Of a stretch of 64,000 bases of DNA, positions 27,158 to 36,200 are shown piece by piece. Positions within the stretch are counted from its first letter, which is position 1; the number at the start of each line of letters is the position of its first letter. The notes beneath the pieces were generated by a model. It did not search any database. It saw nothing but the letters and a program-made list of their open reading frames with translations, and was not told the DNA's origin. Source of the stretch: Gemmatimonas sp. (lineage in GTDB: Bacteria > Gemmatimonadota > Gemmatimonadetes > Gemmatimonadales > Gemmatimonadaceae). The translations under genes were made by a program, and so were the position numbers. Where the stretch lies: positions 256,001 to 320,000 of the forward strand of contig OZ257156.1 in NCBI GenBank assembly GCA_965279375.1, in the 5' to 3' direction.

Positions 27158-28909
27158 CTAACGCAGCCGCTTCGGCGGCTCGTTGGGCGCGATGGCCACG
27201 AACTGGCGCGCACACTGTGCGACTCGCTGCATGGCATCCTGCAGCTCGATGTCGCGCGCGCGCGCGGTGCGTCCGTAGAAGAAACGCGACAGGACGAAGG
27301 CCACGCCAATGGAGCCGAACATCGCACCGGCGCCGAGCGCGGGGTTGCGCGTCGCGTTGATCACGGCACCCATGATTGCCGAACCAGCGCCGAATCCACC
27401 GCCGGCCGTGAGTCCGACGATCATCGCAGTCGCGTACTGTGACAAGTCTTCGGTGCCGCGAATGACCGTGCGACCGTTGCGCGACGCGATGTTGATCTGC
27501 ACACGGCGCGGCGTGCCGTTCTTGGTCGACGTGACCGCGGTCATGATGCTCATCGTGCGACCGACCTGACTGACGGTCACCATCTCGCCGAGCGCCTTGC
27601 GCACTTCTTCGGCGATTTCCTCGAAGCCTTCGCTGACGAGTTCACCCTCGACGACGGTTTCGTATTCGAACTTGACCGGCGCGCCGGTGAAGAAGGTCCA
27701 GGCAGACGACTTCGGCGAGACGCGATCGATCGCGACCGGTTCCGCGCGTGCGCGTTCGGCGAGCGCGCGATCCACATACTTGGCGTCGATACCTGCTTCG
27801 CGCGCCGAGTCCTTCACGAGGGATGCGTCATAGCCGCGCGTCACCAGCGCTTCGCCCGGTGCACGCGACGTGAACTCCGCCGGCGGCACATGCAGCCCCG
27901 TATTGGCCTGCAGCTGCGCCGCACGCGCCCACACTTCCTGCGCTTCCACCGACGAGAGCTTTGCTGGCACCTGATCGGCGCGCACGGCTGGTGTGTCGCG
28001 CGGCGTGAGCATGGCCAGCGGCGCCGAATCGTTGGCGCGTACGAGTGCACTCCCTTCCATCGGAGGCAGGGCATCCAGTGCCTGACGCAACGCGTCCCCC
28101 GATACAAAGCGCGAGTCACGTGACTTGGCGAGCAATCGGTCGACGATCTCGCCCAGCGCAGGTGCCACGTGCGTCGCGGCGTCGCACATGCGCGGCGGCG
28201 TGGAGTTGACGTGCGCCACGAGCACAGCCGACGGGCTGTTCCGCTCAAACGGAAAACGCCCGCACAGCATCAGGAACGCGAGCACGCCCAGCGCGTACAG
28301 ATCGCTGCGACCGTCGAGATCTTCGCCCGTCACCTGCTCCGGGCTCATGTAGTGCACGGTGCCCAGCACGGTGCCCGTCGCCGTCATCGGCTTCGTTTCG
28401 GCGAGGCGCGCAATGCCGAAGTCGGTGAGCATCGCGCGGCCGGTATCGGCGTCGAGCAGCACGTTCTCCGCCTTGATGTCGCGGTGCACGACCCCGCGTG
28501 CGTGCGCGTAGCCGAGTGCCGAGGCGATCTGTCGGAGGATGGCGACGACATCGGCCGGCGCGAGCGTCTGCGCCTTGGCCAGCCGCTCGGCGAGCGATTC
28601 GCCCGCGATGTAGCGCATGACGAAGTACACGATGCCGTCACGCTCGGCAGCGGTGTAAATCGGTACGATGTTCTGGTGCGACAGGCCGCCGGCGGTGCGT
28701 GCTTCGCGCAAAAAGCGATCACGCACGATTTCGTCGGCGGCGAGGTGCGGCGGCAGCGTCTTGATGGCCACCAGCCGTTCGAGCTGCATGTCGGTGGCGA
28801 GATACACCACGCCCATGCCGCCACGTCCGATCTCCCGCTCGAGGCGGTACTGGCCGGCGACCGCGCTCGCGAGCGCGGCCGCCGCCTGATCTGCACCGTC
28901 GAGCATCAC
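27158..28909 (-). CDS. Hanks-type Ser/Thr protein kinase with a C-terminal membrane hairpin
   Basis: IGRGGMGVVY, VAIK, HRDIKAEN, TDFG, GTVHYMSPE, SDLYALG; two hydrophobic Gly/Ala helices near the C-terminus. Confidence 0.92.
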   Translation of the reverse strand: MMLDGADQAAAALASAVAGQYRLEREIGRGGMGVVYLATDMQLERLVAIKTLPPHLAADEIVRDRFLREARTAGGLSHQNIVPIYTAAERDGIVYFVMRYIAGESLAERLAKAQTLAPADVVAILRQIASALGYAHARGVVHRDIKAENVLLDADTGRAMLTDFGIARLAETKPMTATGTVLGTVHYMSPEQVTGEDLDGRSDLYALGVLAFLMLCGRFPFERNSPSAVLVAHVNSTPPRMCDAATHVAPALGEIVDRLLAKSRDSRFVSGDALRQALDALPPMEGSALVRANDSAPLAMLTPRDTPAVRADQVPAKLSSVEAQEVWARAAQLQANTGLHVPPAEFTSRAPGEALVTRGYDASLVKDSAREAGIDAKYVDRALAERARAEPVAIDRVSPKSSAWTFFTGAPVKFEYETVVEGELVSEGFEEIAEEVRKALGEMVTVSQVGRTMSIMTAVTSTKNGTPRRVQINIASRNGRTVIRGTEDLSQYATAMIVGLTAGGGFGAGSAIMGAVINATRNPALGAGAMFGSIGVAFVLSRFFYGRTARARDIELQDAMQRVAQCARQFVAIAPNEPPKRLR

Positions 28910-28945
28910 GCGAGCTTCAGCGTCAGAGTTCGACGGTGCGACTGC

Positions 28946-29383
28946 TTACGCCGTCGCGCCGCTGGGCGCGCAGTGCGTGTCGAACGCCTGCACCAGATCG
29001 GCTGCGATCTCCTGCGCCGTCCGTCCTTCGATGCGATAACGCTCGAGCATGAACACCACGTCGCCGTCCTTGATCAGCGCGATGCTCGGCGAGCTAGGCG
29101 CGTAACCCGTGAAGTACTGACGCGCACGCTCCGTCGCTTCGCGATCCTGACCGGCGAAGACGGTGCCGGCGAAGTCCGGCTTGATGGCATGGCTCATCGC
29201 GGCTGCCACGGCCGGGCGCGCGTTGCGTGCCGCGCAGCCGCACACCGAGTTCACGACGACGAGCGCGGTGCCCTTCATGTCCTGCAGCTTGGCATCCACC
29301 TCGGCGACGGTGCGCATCTCTTCGACGCCAAGGCGCGTCAGTTCGTGGCGCATCGGCTGGACGATCTGTTCGGGATACATCAT
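28946..29383 (-). CDS. BrxA/BrxB-family bacilliredoxin
   Basis: VNSVCGCAA.ARP, TVFAGQDREAT, PSSPSIAL.KDG, R..IEGR. Confidence 0.9.
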   Translation of the reverse strand: MMYPEQIVQPMRHELTRLGVEEMRTVAEVDAKLQDMKGTALVVVNSVCGCAARNARPAVAAAMSHAIKPDFAGTVFAGQDREATERARQYFTGYAPSSPSIALIKDGDVVFMLERYRIEGRTAQEIAADLVQAFDTHCAPSGATA

Positions 29384-29446
29384 GGGGCGACTCCTGTGCT
29401 GAATTGCGAGTAGTGCAGAGGTACTGCGTTTCGTACGGGCGGCGCG

Positions 29447-29821
29447 CTAGCGGTTGGCATCGCGCACGAGCGCGAGAATGGCCGATTGCGGCACCACCAG
29501 GAACTGCTCGTTCTCGAACGTGATTTCGACCGCGGCTTTGCGGAAGAAGAGCGCATGGTCCCCCACGCGCGCCTGCATCGGCACATAGCGCGCGGTGGGC
29601 TCCTGATCGCTCGTCTTCCACGGGTCTTCGCCGTGATCGCCCGCCATGTCAGGCAGAGCGAGCCCGGGACCGGTGGATACGACCTCACCCTCCTGCACCG
29701 CCTGGCTGTCGACGGCGGTGGACGGGAGATAGAGGCCGACCTTGGTGCGCTGATCGCCGTCCTCGAGCTTCACGAGGACCCGATCGCCTACCACGAGCAA
29801 CTGCTTGTTCTTGCGGATCAT
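29447..29821 (-). CDS. GroES (Cpn10)-family co-chaperonin, stand-alone
   Basis: VGDRVLV, mobile loop RTKVGLYLP, GEVVSTGPG, VGD, C-terminal ILA; no groEL adjacent. Confidence 0.8.
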   Translation of the reverse strand: MIRKNKQLLVVGDRVLVKLEDGDQRTKVGLYLPSTAVDSQAVQEGEVVSTGPGLALPDMAGDHGEDPWKTSDQEPTARYVPMQARVGDHALFFRKAAVEITFENEQFLVVPQSAILALVRDANR

Positions 29822-29880
29822 CAGCGGAATCTAATGCGAGGTGCTGGGGCAGCCGGGACCGTCACCGGCCGCGCAGCCGG

Positions 29881-31311
29881 TCAGGGGACGGGCGAGCGGA
29901 CCAGATGGAACTTGGTCTGCCGGCCAACGGCCCAGCGCACCTTTCCGTTCGCATCGATGATTACGTCCTCTTCCTGCATGGAGCGCACGGGCTGGTTCCC
30001 CCACTCCGGCACCGGGGTGGTCGCCTGCAGCTCGATCGAGTACCACATCCCCGGAATGACCTTGTGGTCTCCGCGCCCCGGGACACCATCCTGATAGTCC
30101 CACAAGCCGATCAGCGCGCCTGCGCCGTGCCCATGAAGCCCGATTGGATGCGAATACACCGTCCCGTCGATCTTCTCTGCCTTCATGCGCGTCAACGCGG
30201 TCTTCAGGATGTCGTTGCCGGTGCGACCGGGCTTGAGCTCCTCGGTGGTGATGTCCTGCAACCGATTGGAATTGGCCAGCGCCTTCTGGATCCCGGCCGG
30301 CACGTCCGTCTCTCCGGCCTTGAGCACGTAGCCCATGTGCTGCGTGTCGGTGTTGAGTCCCATCGCGGTCACGCCGAAGTCGCAGTGCAGAATGTCGCCG
30401 CGCAGGATGGTGGGATTCACGCCGACCAACTCCGCGCTGCCGAACTGCCGCTGAATCTCCACGCTCGGCTGGAACCAGGTGCTCAAGCCAAGATCGGCGA
30501 GGCGCTGACGCATCCACCACACCACGTCGTCGGCCTTGGTGACGCCCGGCGTGATGACCTTGCTGGAGAACGCCTCCTCGATGATCTGCCACGCCACCTT
30601 GTTGAGCTCATTGAACGCGGCCTCTTCTTCCGGCTGACGCGACGCGATCATGTCCACCGCCAGCGCTTCCGCCGGAACCACCTTGGCCGCCCACTGCGCA
30701 CCGAGCGCCTGCAGCATCCCTTCGCGCTCGCCCGAGCTGAGTCCGTCCGCAAACGCGAACGTCCGCGACGTGTTGACGGCGATCTTCTTGGGATTGCGCT
30801 GTTCGATGACCTGCTTGAGCACCTCCCACTGCTGGTCGCCCCACAGTTCCGCGGTGCGCTCGTTGCTGCGGCTGCCGGCACCCGGCGCGGCGACCGCCTT
30901 CTCGCTGCGCACCGCCTTGAACACCCCACCCTGCGACGTGCCACCAAGCGCGATGCGTTCGATACCGTCCTTGGGGCCGCGATCGAAGAAGACGTAGATG
31001 GTACGGCGACGCGCCGCGAACGTGGTCGGCGACGTGATCGCCATGAACAGCGGATCTTCCGCATACTCGCGCATCGGCACCACCCACATGTCCACGCCTT
31101 CTCGGCGCATCAGCGCCGGCAGCGTGCGCTCCATGCGCAACTCGAGCCACTTCTGTTGACGGAACGCCTGATCGCGCAGCGTACCAAAAGGGCGGAGCGT
31201 GTCCGCCGCCGACGAGCCCGAGGTACGGGTACCGGGCGTGGCTGGCGTGACGACCGGCTGTGCGAACGCAGTCGCGGCAGGGACGGCGAGCAGAAGAGCG
31301 AGAAGGCGCAT
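29881..31311 (-). CDS. Secreted M24-family metallopeptidase (Xaa-Pro aminopeptidase-like)
   Basis: Signal peptide MRLLALLLAVPAATAFAQ; HCDFG, TD, HPIGLHGH, SIEL and EED pita-bread metal ligands. Confidence 0.85.
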   Translation of the reverse strand: MRLLALLLAVPAATAFAQPVVTPATPGTRTSGSSAADTLRPFGTLRDQAFRQQKWLELRMERTLPALMRREGVDMWVVPMREYAEDPLFMAITSPTTFAARRRTIYVFFDRGPKDGIERIALGGTSQGGVFKAVRSEKAVAAPGAGSRSNERTAELWGDQQWEVLKQVIEQRNPKKIAVNTSRTFAFADGLSSGEREGMLQALGAQWAAKVVPAEALAVDMIASRQPEEEAAFNELNKVAWQIIEEAFSSKVITPGVTKADDVVWWMRQRLADLGLSTWFQPSVEIQRQFGSAELVGVNPTILRGDILHCDFGVTAMGLNTDTQHMGYVLKAGETDVPAGIQKALANSNRLQDITTEELKPGRTGNDILKTALTRMKAEKIDGTVYSHPIGLHGHGAGALIGLWDYQDGVPGRGDHKVIPGMWYSIELQATTPVPEWGNQPVRSMQEEDVIIDANGKVRWAVGRQTKFHLVRSPVP

Positions 31312-31334
31312 GGCGATGCGATGGTGAGTGAGGG

Positions 31335-31832
31335 TTAGACGGAGTGCGGCTCCCGCTTGTCCAGCATGCGGCGCACGATCTGCACCGAGGCGGCCAGCAC
31401 CAGCGCAAAGACCGCGGCCACAAGCGCACGCTCCACGAGCGTTTGTCCGGCCATGGGCCACCAATCGCCCCACGTGGCCACGCGCGAACCGAAGCGCTCG
31501 CGTCCGAAGGCGATCAGCAGGGAGCTCATGCCCAGCTCCGCGGTCACCTCGAACAACACGAACGCGAGTACGCGCAGCGGCCAGCGACGCACCGGGAAAT
31601 TACCCAGATGCCAGGTCAACATGCCGCAGAAGAAGAGCACACCGACGGTGAGTCCGAGGACGAACGTCACCCAGCCGGTGGTCATCGTCGCGCTGAGCAC
31701 GATGGCGCGGTAGGCGCGGAGCAAGAGTCCGGTGATGCCGGCTGGCTCGACGGTGCGCACGGCGAATGCGCGCAGCGGATGCAACCGCTCCTCGCCCCAG
31801 TGAATCACGTCGCGCGGAAAGAACCGAGCCAT
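31335..31832 (-). CDS. Hypothetical membrane protein
   Basis: Several hydrophobic helices; fills the gap in a minus-strand gene run. Confidence 0.7.
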   Translation of the reverse strand: MARFFPRDVIHWGEERLHPLRAFAVRTVEPAGITGLLLRAYRAIVLSATMTTGWVTFVLGLTVGVLFFCGMLTWHLGNFPVRRWPLRVLAFVLFEVTAELGMSSLLIAFGRERFGSRVATWGDWWPMAGQTLVERALVAAVFALVLAASVQIVRRMLDKREPHSV

Positions 31833-31917
31833 TGTCGCAAGCTACCCGTCGTGCATCCGGCCGCCACCCTGCGGATGCACAGCGGCGGTCAGCTTCGTCA
31901 CACCGGCGGTCGTATCG

Positions 31918-32976
31918 TCAGGGTTTGGTGCGCTGCAGCAGGAAGCGCAGGCTCTCCGCAGCGTGCGTGCGCCAATACGGCCAACTGTGTTGCCCGGGCC
32001 ATTCGGCGTACTGGTTGGACACGCCGAGTCGAGCGAGGGTTGCGCGGAAGTCGCGGCTCTGATCGATGAACGCGTCTTCTGTGCCGCAATCGATGAACAG
32101 TGCGGGCACCGGTGGTCCACCGGCTTTTTGACGACGCAATGCGCGCGCAGCGAGCTGTCCGGGATCGCGAGCGCGCCAGCCGATCGTGTCGCGACCAAAG
32201 GGCGCCGTGAGCCAGGGCCAGAGCCACCCAGCGGCCTGCTTGAGCTCGAGCGAGTCGTTGGCATAGCGCGCGGGCGCCGCGTACGGCTTGGGCCCGAGCA
32301 GCGCCGGCGACAGTACCCCGGAGTGACTCGCGGCCGCACCGAAGACCTCGGGATACGCGAGCGCGAGGCTGATGGCACCGTAGCCACCCATGCTCAGCCC
32401 TGCGATGCCGCGATGCCCGCGATCGGCGATGGAGCGGTACTTCGCATCGACATGCGCGACGACATCGCGTGCGATGTAGTCGTCGTAGTGCGTCCACGGC
32501 ACGCAGTAGGTCGCGGCGGGTTCCTTGCGCACGGTATCGCTGGCGCACGGCGGCGAGGCAGCAAGAAGATTCCAGGTGGTATACCAGCCGTCGTCACCGT
32601 CGGGCATCACGACGATCGCTTCGCCCTGCCCTGCGGCCGCCAGCGAGTCGAGCGTGTGATCGAGGGCGCCGGCTTCCACCCAATTGCGTTCGTTGCCGTA
32701 GAGCCCGTGCAGGTAATACAGCACCGGATAGCGACGCGTCGCCGACGACGCGTACGACGGCGGCAGATACACCGTCAGCGCCTTGCGCACGCCGAGCGAC
32801 TGCGTCCAGAGCGTATCGGTGTGCAGGGCGCCGCGCCGCGCCGCGGAGGTCGACTGTGCAGCGCTGTTTCCTGCGGGCACGAGCGCGGCACACGCGAGCG
32901 CCACGAGACTGCGCACCACGCGCCAGCGCGCACCGGCTATCGAGGCACGCGTCCATCCGAACGAGCGTGCGTTCAC
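31918..32976 (-). CDS. Secreted alpha/beta-hydrolase (esterase family)
   Basis: GTG overlaps the upstream TGA; VYLPPSY, YPVLYYLHG, GLSMGG nucleophile elbow, DCGTED, GQHSWPYW. Confidence 0.85.
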   Translation of the reverse strand: MNARSFGWTRASIAGARWRVVRSLVALACAALVPAGNSAAQSTSAARRGALHTDTLWTQSLGVRKALTVYLPPSYASSATRRYPVLYYLHGLYGNERNWVEAGALDHTLDSLAAAGQGEAIVVMPDGDDGWYTTWNLLAASPPCASDTVRKEPAATYCVPWTHYDDYIARDVVAHVDAKYRSIADRGHRGIAGLSMGGYGAISLALAYPEVFGAAASHSGVLSPALLGPKPYAAPARYANDSLELKQAAGWLWPWLTAPFGRDTIGWRARDPGQLAARALRRQKAGGPPVPALFIDCGTEDAFIDQSRDFRATLARLGVSNQYAEWPGQHSWPYWRTHAAESLRFLLQRTKP

Positions 32977-33461
32977 GGAGCCGCCGTGACGTTGCTGGTC
33001 ACGTAGGACACTTCGTCGTCGATCGCATTGAGGATCGGGTCCAGCGACACCGTGCGAGGGAATCCGAGCGTCGCGTCGTACTCGGCGAGCTTGAGCGTGC
33101 CGGGCTTGAGCGTCGCGGCACGCACGGCCTCGAAGAGCTGCGCGACTGTCTTGAAGTTGCCCCATTCGGCAGTCGGCAGCGGCACGTCCGTGCGGTCGTT
33201 GACCACGTTGGTGATCGTCGTGCCCACCACCGTGATGCGGTATCCGACGTTGCTCGTGACGCAGAAGCAGACGATGCGCTGCACCATGACATACCGATCG
33301 CCGGTCGGCTTCTTGGCGTTCCAGAGCGCGACGGCTGCGGCGTACGCGTCCGTCGTGGTACCGCCACCACCGCCCGTGATGGAGCTGCTGGAGCACGCTG
33401 CCGCGCCCCAGGTCATCACGCCGAGTGTGACGGCAGCGATCGTTCGCGTCATGGATCGCAT
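32973..33461 (-). CDS. Small lipoprotein (DUF6174-like)
   Basis: Lipobox AAAC; W..K....Y....QRIVCFC, TVAQLF, YDATLGFP, DDE pattern. Confidence 0.72.
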   Translation of the reverse strand: MRSMTRTIAAVTLGVMTWGAAACSSSSITGGGGGTTTDAYAAAVALWNAKKPTGDRYVMVQRIVCFCVTSNVGYRITVVGTTITNVVNDRTDVPLPTAEWGNFKTVAQLFEAVRAATLKPGTLKLAEYDATLGFPRTVSLDPILNAIDDEVSYVTSNVTAAP

Positions 33462-33463
33462 GG

Positions 33464-34258
33464 CTACTTGATCATCGTGCCGAGTCGTCCCCAGCGGATA
33501 TCGGTGAGGAACGGAAGCGGCCGATCGCTGTCGTCGGCGTTGTAGGTGTAGTACACGAACGACGGGCGACCCCGCACGTTCTCGCGTGGCACGAAGCCCC
33601 AGTAGCGGGCGTCCTTGGAGTCGTAGCGATTGTCGCCGAGCATGAACAGATGGTCGGCGGGCACCACCATCGGTCCCCAGTTGTCGAGCGTGGGCTGCGC
33701 GGCAGGATCGCCGGCGCGGGTGCCACGAAGCTCGAACGGCTTCTGCCACATGAACAGCGGATGCGAGAAGGAGCCATCGCCCTTCACGTTCTGCGAGGCG
33801 GGAAAGCCCTGTGGCTGCGCCATGCCGTTCACATACAACAGTCCGTCGCGCATCCAGATCGTATCGCCGGCCACGGCCACACAGCGTTTGACCAGGGTGG
33901 GGTTCGGATCTTCCGGTTGATCGATCTGATCGGGCGACTTGAAGACGACCACGTCGCCGCGCTTGGGGTCGGTGTACCCGGGGAGATTGATGTCGGTGAA
34001 GGGGACGTGCGGACCGTACGCGAGCTTGTTCACGAACAGCCAGTCACCCACGAGCAGCGTCGGGATCATGCTCCCGGACGGAATCCGATAGGCCTCGAAG
34101 AGGAAGGTTCGGATCGCGAAGAAGATCACCAGCGTCCAGATGACCGCCTTGATGTTCTCCCACGTGCTGGAACCGCTGCTGCGAGACTTGCCGGACTTGC
34201 CGGAGCGCAACGCTGCCACGCTACCGGTGCTGTCCGACGACTTCTTGTTCGAGGCCAC
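33464..34258 (-). CDS. lepB: Signal peptidase I
   Basis: IPSGSMIPTLLVGD (catalytic Ser), RGDVVVF, VKRC (catalytic Lys), GDNRYDSKDARYWG. Confidence 0.93.
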   Translation of the reverse strand: MASNKKSSDSTGSVAALRSGKSGKSRSSGSSTWENIKAVIWTLVIFFAIRTFLFEAYRIPSGSMIPTLLVGDWLFVNKLAYGPHVPFTDINLPGYTDPKRGDVVVFKSPDQIDQPEDPNPTLVKRCVAVAGDTIWMRDGLLYVNGMAQPQGFPASQNVKGDGSFSHPLFMWQKPFELRGTRAGDPAAQPTLDNWGPMVVPADHLFMLGDNRYDSKDARYWGFVPRENVRGRPSFVYYTYNADDSDRPLPFLTDIRWGRLGTMIK

Positions 34259-34332
34259 GAGACTTTGGGGCTGAAAGGAGCAGACGAAGAATTCGACCAG
34301 ACGACGCTGCCGCACCGTGATGCCACGAACGC

Positions 34333-34366
34333 GGAAGGGGCGCGTCCCAGCGGGACACGCCCCTCC
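34333..34366 (-). terminator. Stem-loop, probable terminator downstream of the SWIB gene
   Basis: Minus strand GGAGGGGCGTGTCCC-GCT-GGGACGCGCCCCTTCC; weak U tail. Confidence 0.5.
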
Positions 34367-34392
34367 AATTTACGCCGGAAACTGCCCGGAGG

Positions 34393-34821
34393 TTACGACA
34401 GGTGCTTGGAGATCAGCTTGGTCATGTCGAACATGCTGACCTGCGCCTTGCCGCCGAAAACGGCCTTGAGCTTGTCGTCGCCGTTGATCATGCGCTTGTT
34501 CTTCGCGTCCTGGAGGCCGTGCTTCTTGATGTAGGCCCACAGCTTCTTCACGACTTCCGTACGCGGCAGACCCTTGTCACCGACGACTGCGGCGAGGATC
34601 GGGCTCGGCGTGAGCGGCTTCATGAACGCCGCATTCGGCGTACGCTTCGCAGCCTTCTTCGGGGCGGCCTTCTTCGCAGCAGGCGCCTTCTTGGCAGCCG
34701 GCGCCTTCTTCGCCGGAGCAGCCTTCTTCGCAGCCTTCTTCGGGGCAGCCTTCTTGGGGGCGGCCTTCTTGGGGGCAGCCTTCTTTGCAGCCTTCTTCGC
34801 AGACTTCTTCGCAGCGGCCAT
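34393..34821 (-). CDS. Histone H1-like repeat / SWIB-MDM2 domain nucleoid protein
   Basis: AGGAG SD; repeated AAKKAAPKK; SWIB domain AFMKPLTPS..LAAVVG...PRTEVVKKLWAYIKKHGLQD..NKRMINGDDKL...VSMFDMTKLISKHL. Confidence 0.92.
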   Translation of the reverse strand: MAAAKKSAKKAAKKAAPKKAAPKKAAPKKAAKKAAPAKKAPAAKKAPAAKKAAPKKAAKRTPNAAFMKPLTPSPILAAVVGDKGLPRTEVVKKLWAYIKKHGLQDAKNKRMINGDDKLKAVFGGKAQVSMFDMTKLISKHLS

Positions 34822-35040
34822 AGCGACTCCTGAGGGGGGGACCGTAAGAGCCGCGTTTCGCCAAACGGCTCTGAATGCGTCGCGCCAATGCGCAGACGCG
34901 CCACAAACTACAATCACCATGTATGCGCGCAATAGGCGCAAATGCGTTTTTCCCTATGAAAACGCAAAATTTTTCTGACTTTTCCCTCTGAGACACATCC
35001 GAGACGCATGCGCGAACGCCGAAATCCCCTCGGAAGCGCG

Positions 35041-36183
35041 TCAGTTTTCACTGCGTCGCGACATCCACGCGGCGATCGCCTGCAGGACATCCGCACGCAA
35101 ATGGCGCTCTGACAACCGCGCATACCCACGCGGATCACCGTCGGGGTCGGTGAGCATCAGGTGATTCGCCAGCGGCACCCGACGCGTCTCCACGCGCGCG
35201 CCGCCCGCACGAAACGCCTTCGCGAGTGCATCCTCCTCGCCCACCGGCACCTGTCGATCCTGCGCGCCGTGCAGCAGCAACACCGGGGCACTCACGCGGC
35301 GCGCCACCTCGCGCGGCTCGATCTCGAACCACGTACGCAACCACGGGTCGGCCGCAGCCGCGCGCTCCGCCTCGGCTTCCGCACGCGCCAGCACCGATGT
35401 GCGCTCCGAGGGCGGCCACGCCGCCGCATCGCTCTGCACGAGCGTGGCGCGCTGCCAGCGCGCCAGTTCGCGCCCATTACGCGCGGTCGCTCCCAGCAAC
35501 ACCAGCGACGCGACCTGCGAGTCACGCGCCGCGACCAGCATCGCGACGAGCGCGCCCTCACTGTGCCCGATCAGCGCGATGCGCGCCGGATCCACACCCT
35601 CCTGCGCACGCAGCCATCGCAGCGCCGCCTCCGCGTCACGCGCGAAATCGTAGGTCGTCGCGCCGGCGAAACGACCAGTCGATGCGCCCGTACCGCGGTC
35701 GTCCAACCGAAGCACCGCGACACCGCGCCCGAGCAGCGAATCCGCGATGTCCCGAAACGGGAGATATCCCGGCAGCTCCGCGCGCGACCCATCGCGGTCC
35801 TGCGGACCCGATCCGCTGAGCAACAGCGCAGTGGGCCACCCAGCACGCGGTGTCCCTGCGCGCGACGTCGTATCGTCCGACGCGTTGCGATCGGTCGGCA
35901 GCGCGAACGTACCCGCGAGGATCACGCCGCTGTCGGAGGGCACTCGGACCTCGCGTTCGCGCACACCGGCGACACGCACGGCGCCGCTTCGCGCGGCCGC
36001 TCCACGTGCTTCTGCCGCCTGCGGTCCGCCCCTGTCACACGCACTGAGGCTCGCGCCGAGGCACGCCCACATCGGCCACACAAGCGCGATCAGCGCTCGC
36101 CGGATCGGCGTAGGCCGTGTCAGCGCCTTCCGTGTCAGCGCCTTCCGTGTCGGCGCCGTCCGTGTCGGCGCCGTCCGCACCAT
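35041..36183 (-). CDS. Alpha/beta-hydrolase lipoprotein (S9/S33-like)
   Basis: Lipobox LSAC; SGSGPQDRDG, LDDRGTG, GHSEG nucleophile motif, HGAQDRQV, NH. Confidence 0.82.
   Translation of the reverse strand: MVRTAPTRTAPTRKALTRKALTRPTPIRRALIALVWPMWACLGASLSACDRGGPQAAEARGAAARSGAVRVAGVREREVRVPSDSGVILAGTFALPTDRNASDDTTSRAGTPRAGWPTALLLSGSGPQDRDGSRAELPGYLPFRDIADSLLGRGVAVLRLDDRGTGASTGRFAGATTYDFARDAEAALRWLRAQEGVDPARIALIGHSEGALVAMLVAARDSQVASLVLLGATARNGRELARWQRATLVQSDAAAWPPSERTSVLARAEAEAERAAAADPWLRTWFEIEPREVARRVSAPVLLLHGAQDRQVPVGEEDALAKAFRAGGARVETRRVPLANHLMLTDPDGDPRGYARLSERHLRADVLQAIAAWMSRRSEN
36115..36174. repeat. 4 x 15-bp tandem repeat
   Basis: CCGTGTCAGCGCCTT x2 followed by CCGTGTCGGCGCCGT x2; encodes TAPTR TAPTR KALTR KALTR on the minus strand. 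Confidence 0.9.
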
Positions 36184-36200
36184 CGCCCTGCCGAACGACC

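Noticed and set aside
36115..36174. 15-bp repeats as a mini-CRISPR
   Set aside because: No spacers; it is an in-frame tandem repeat.
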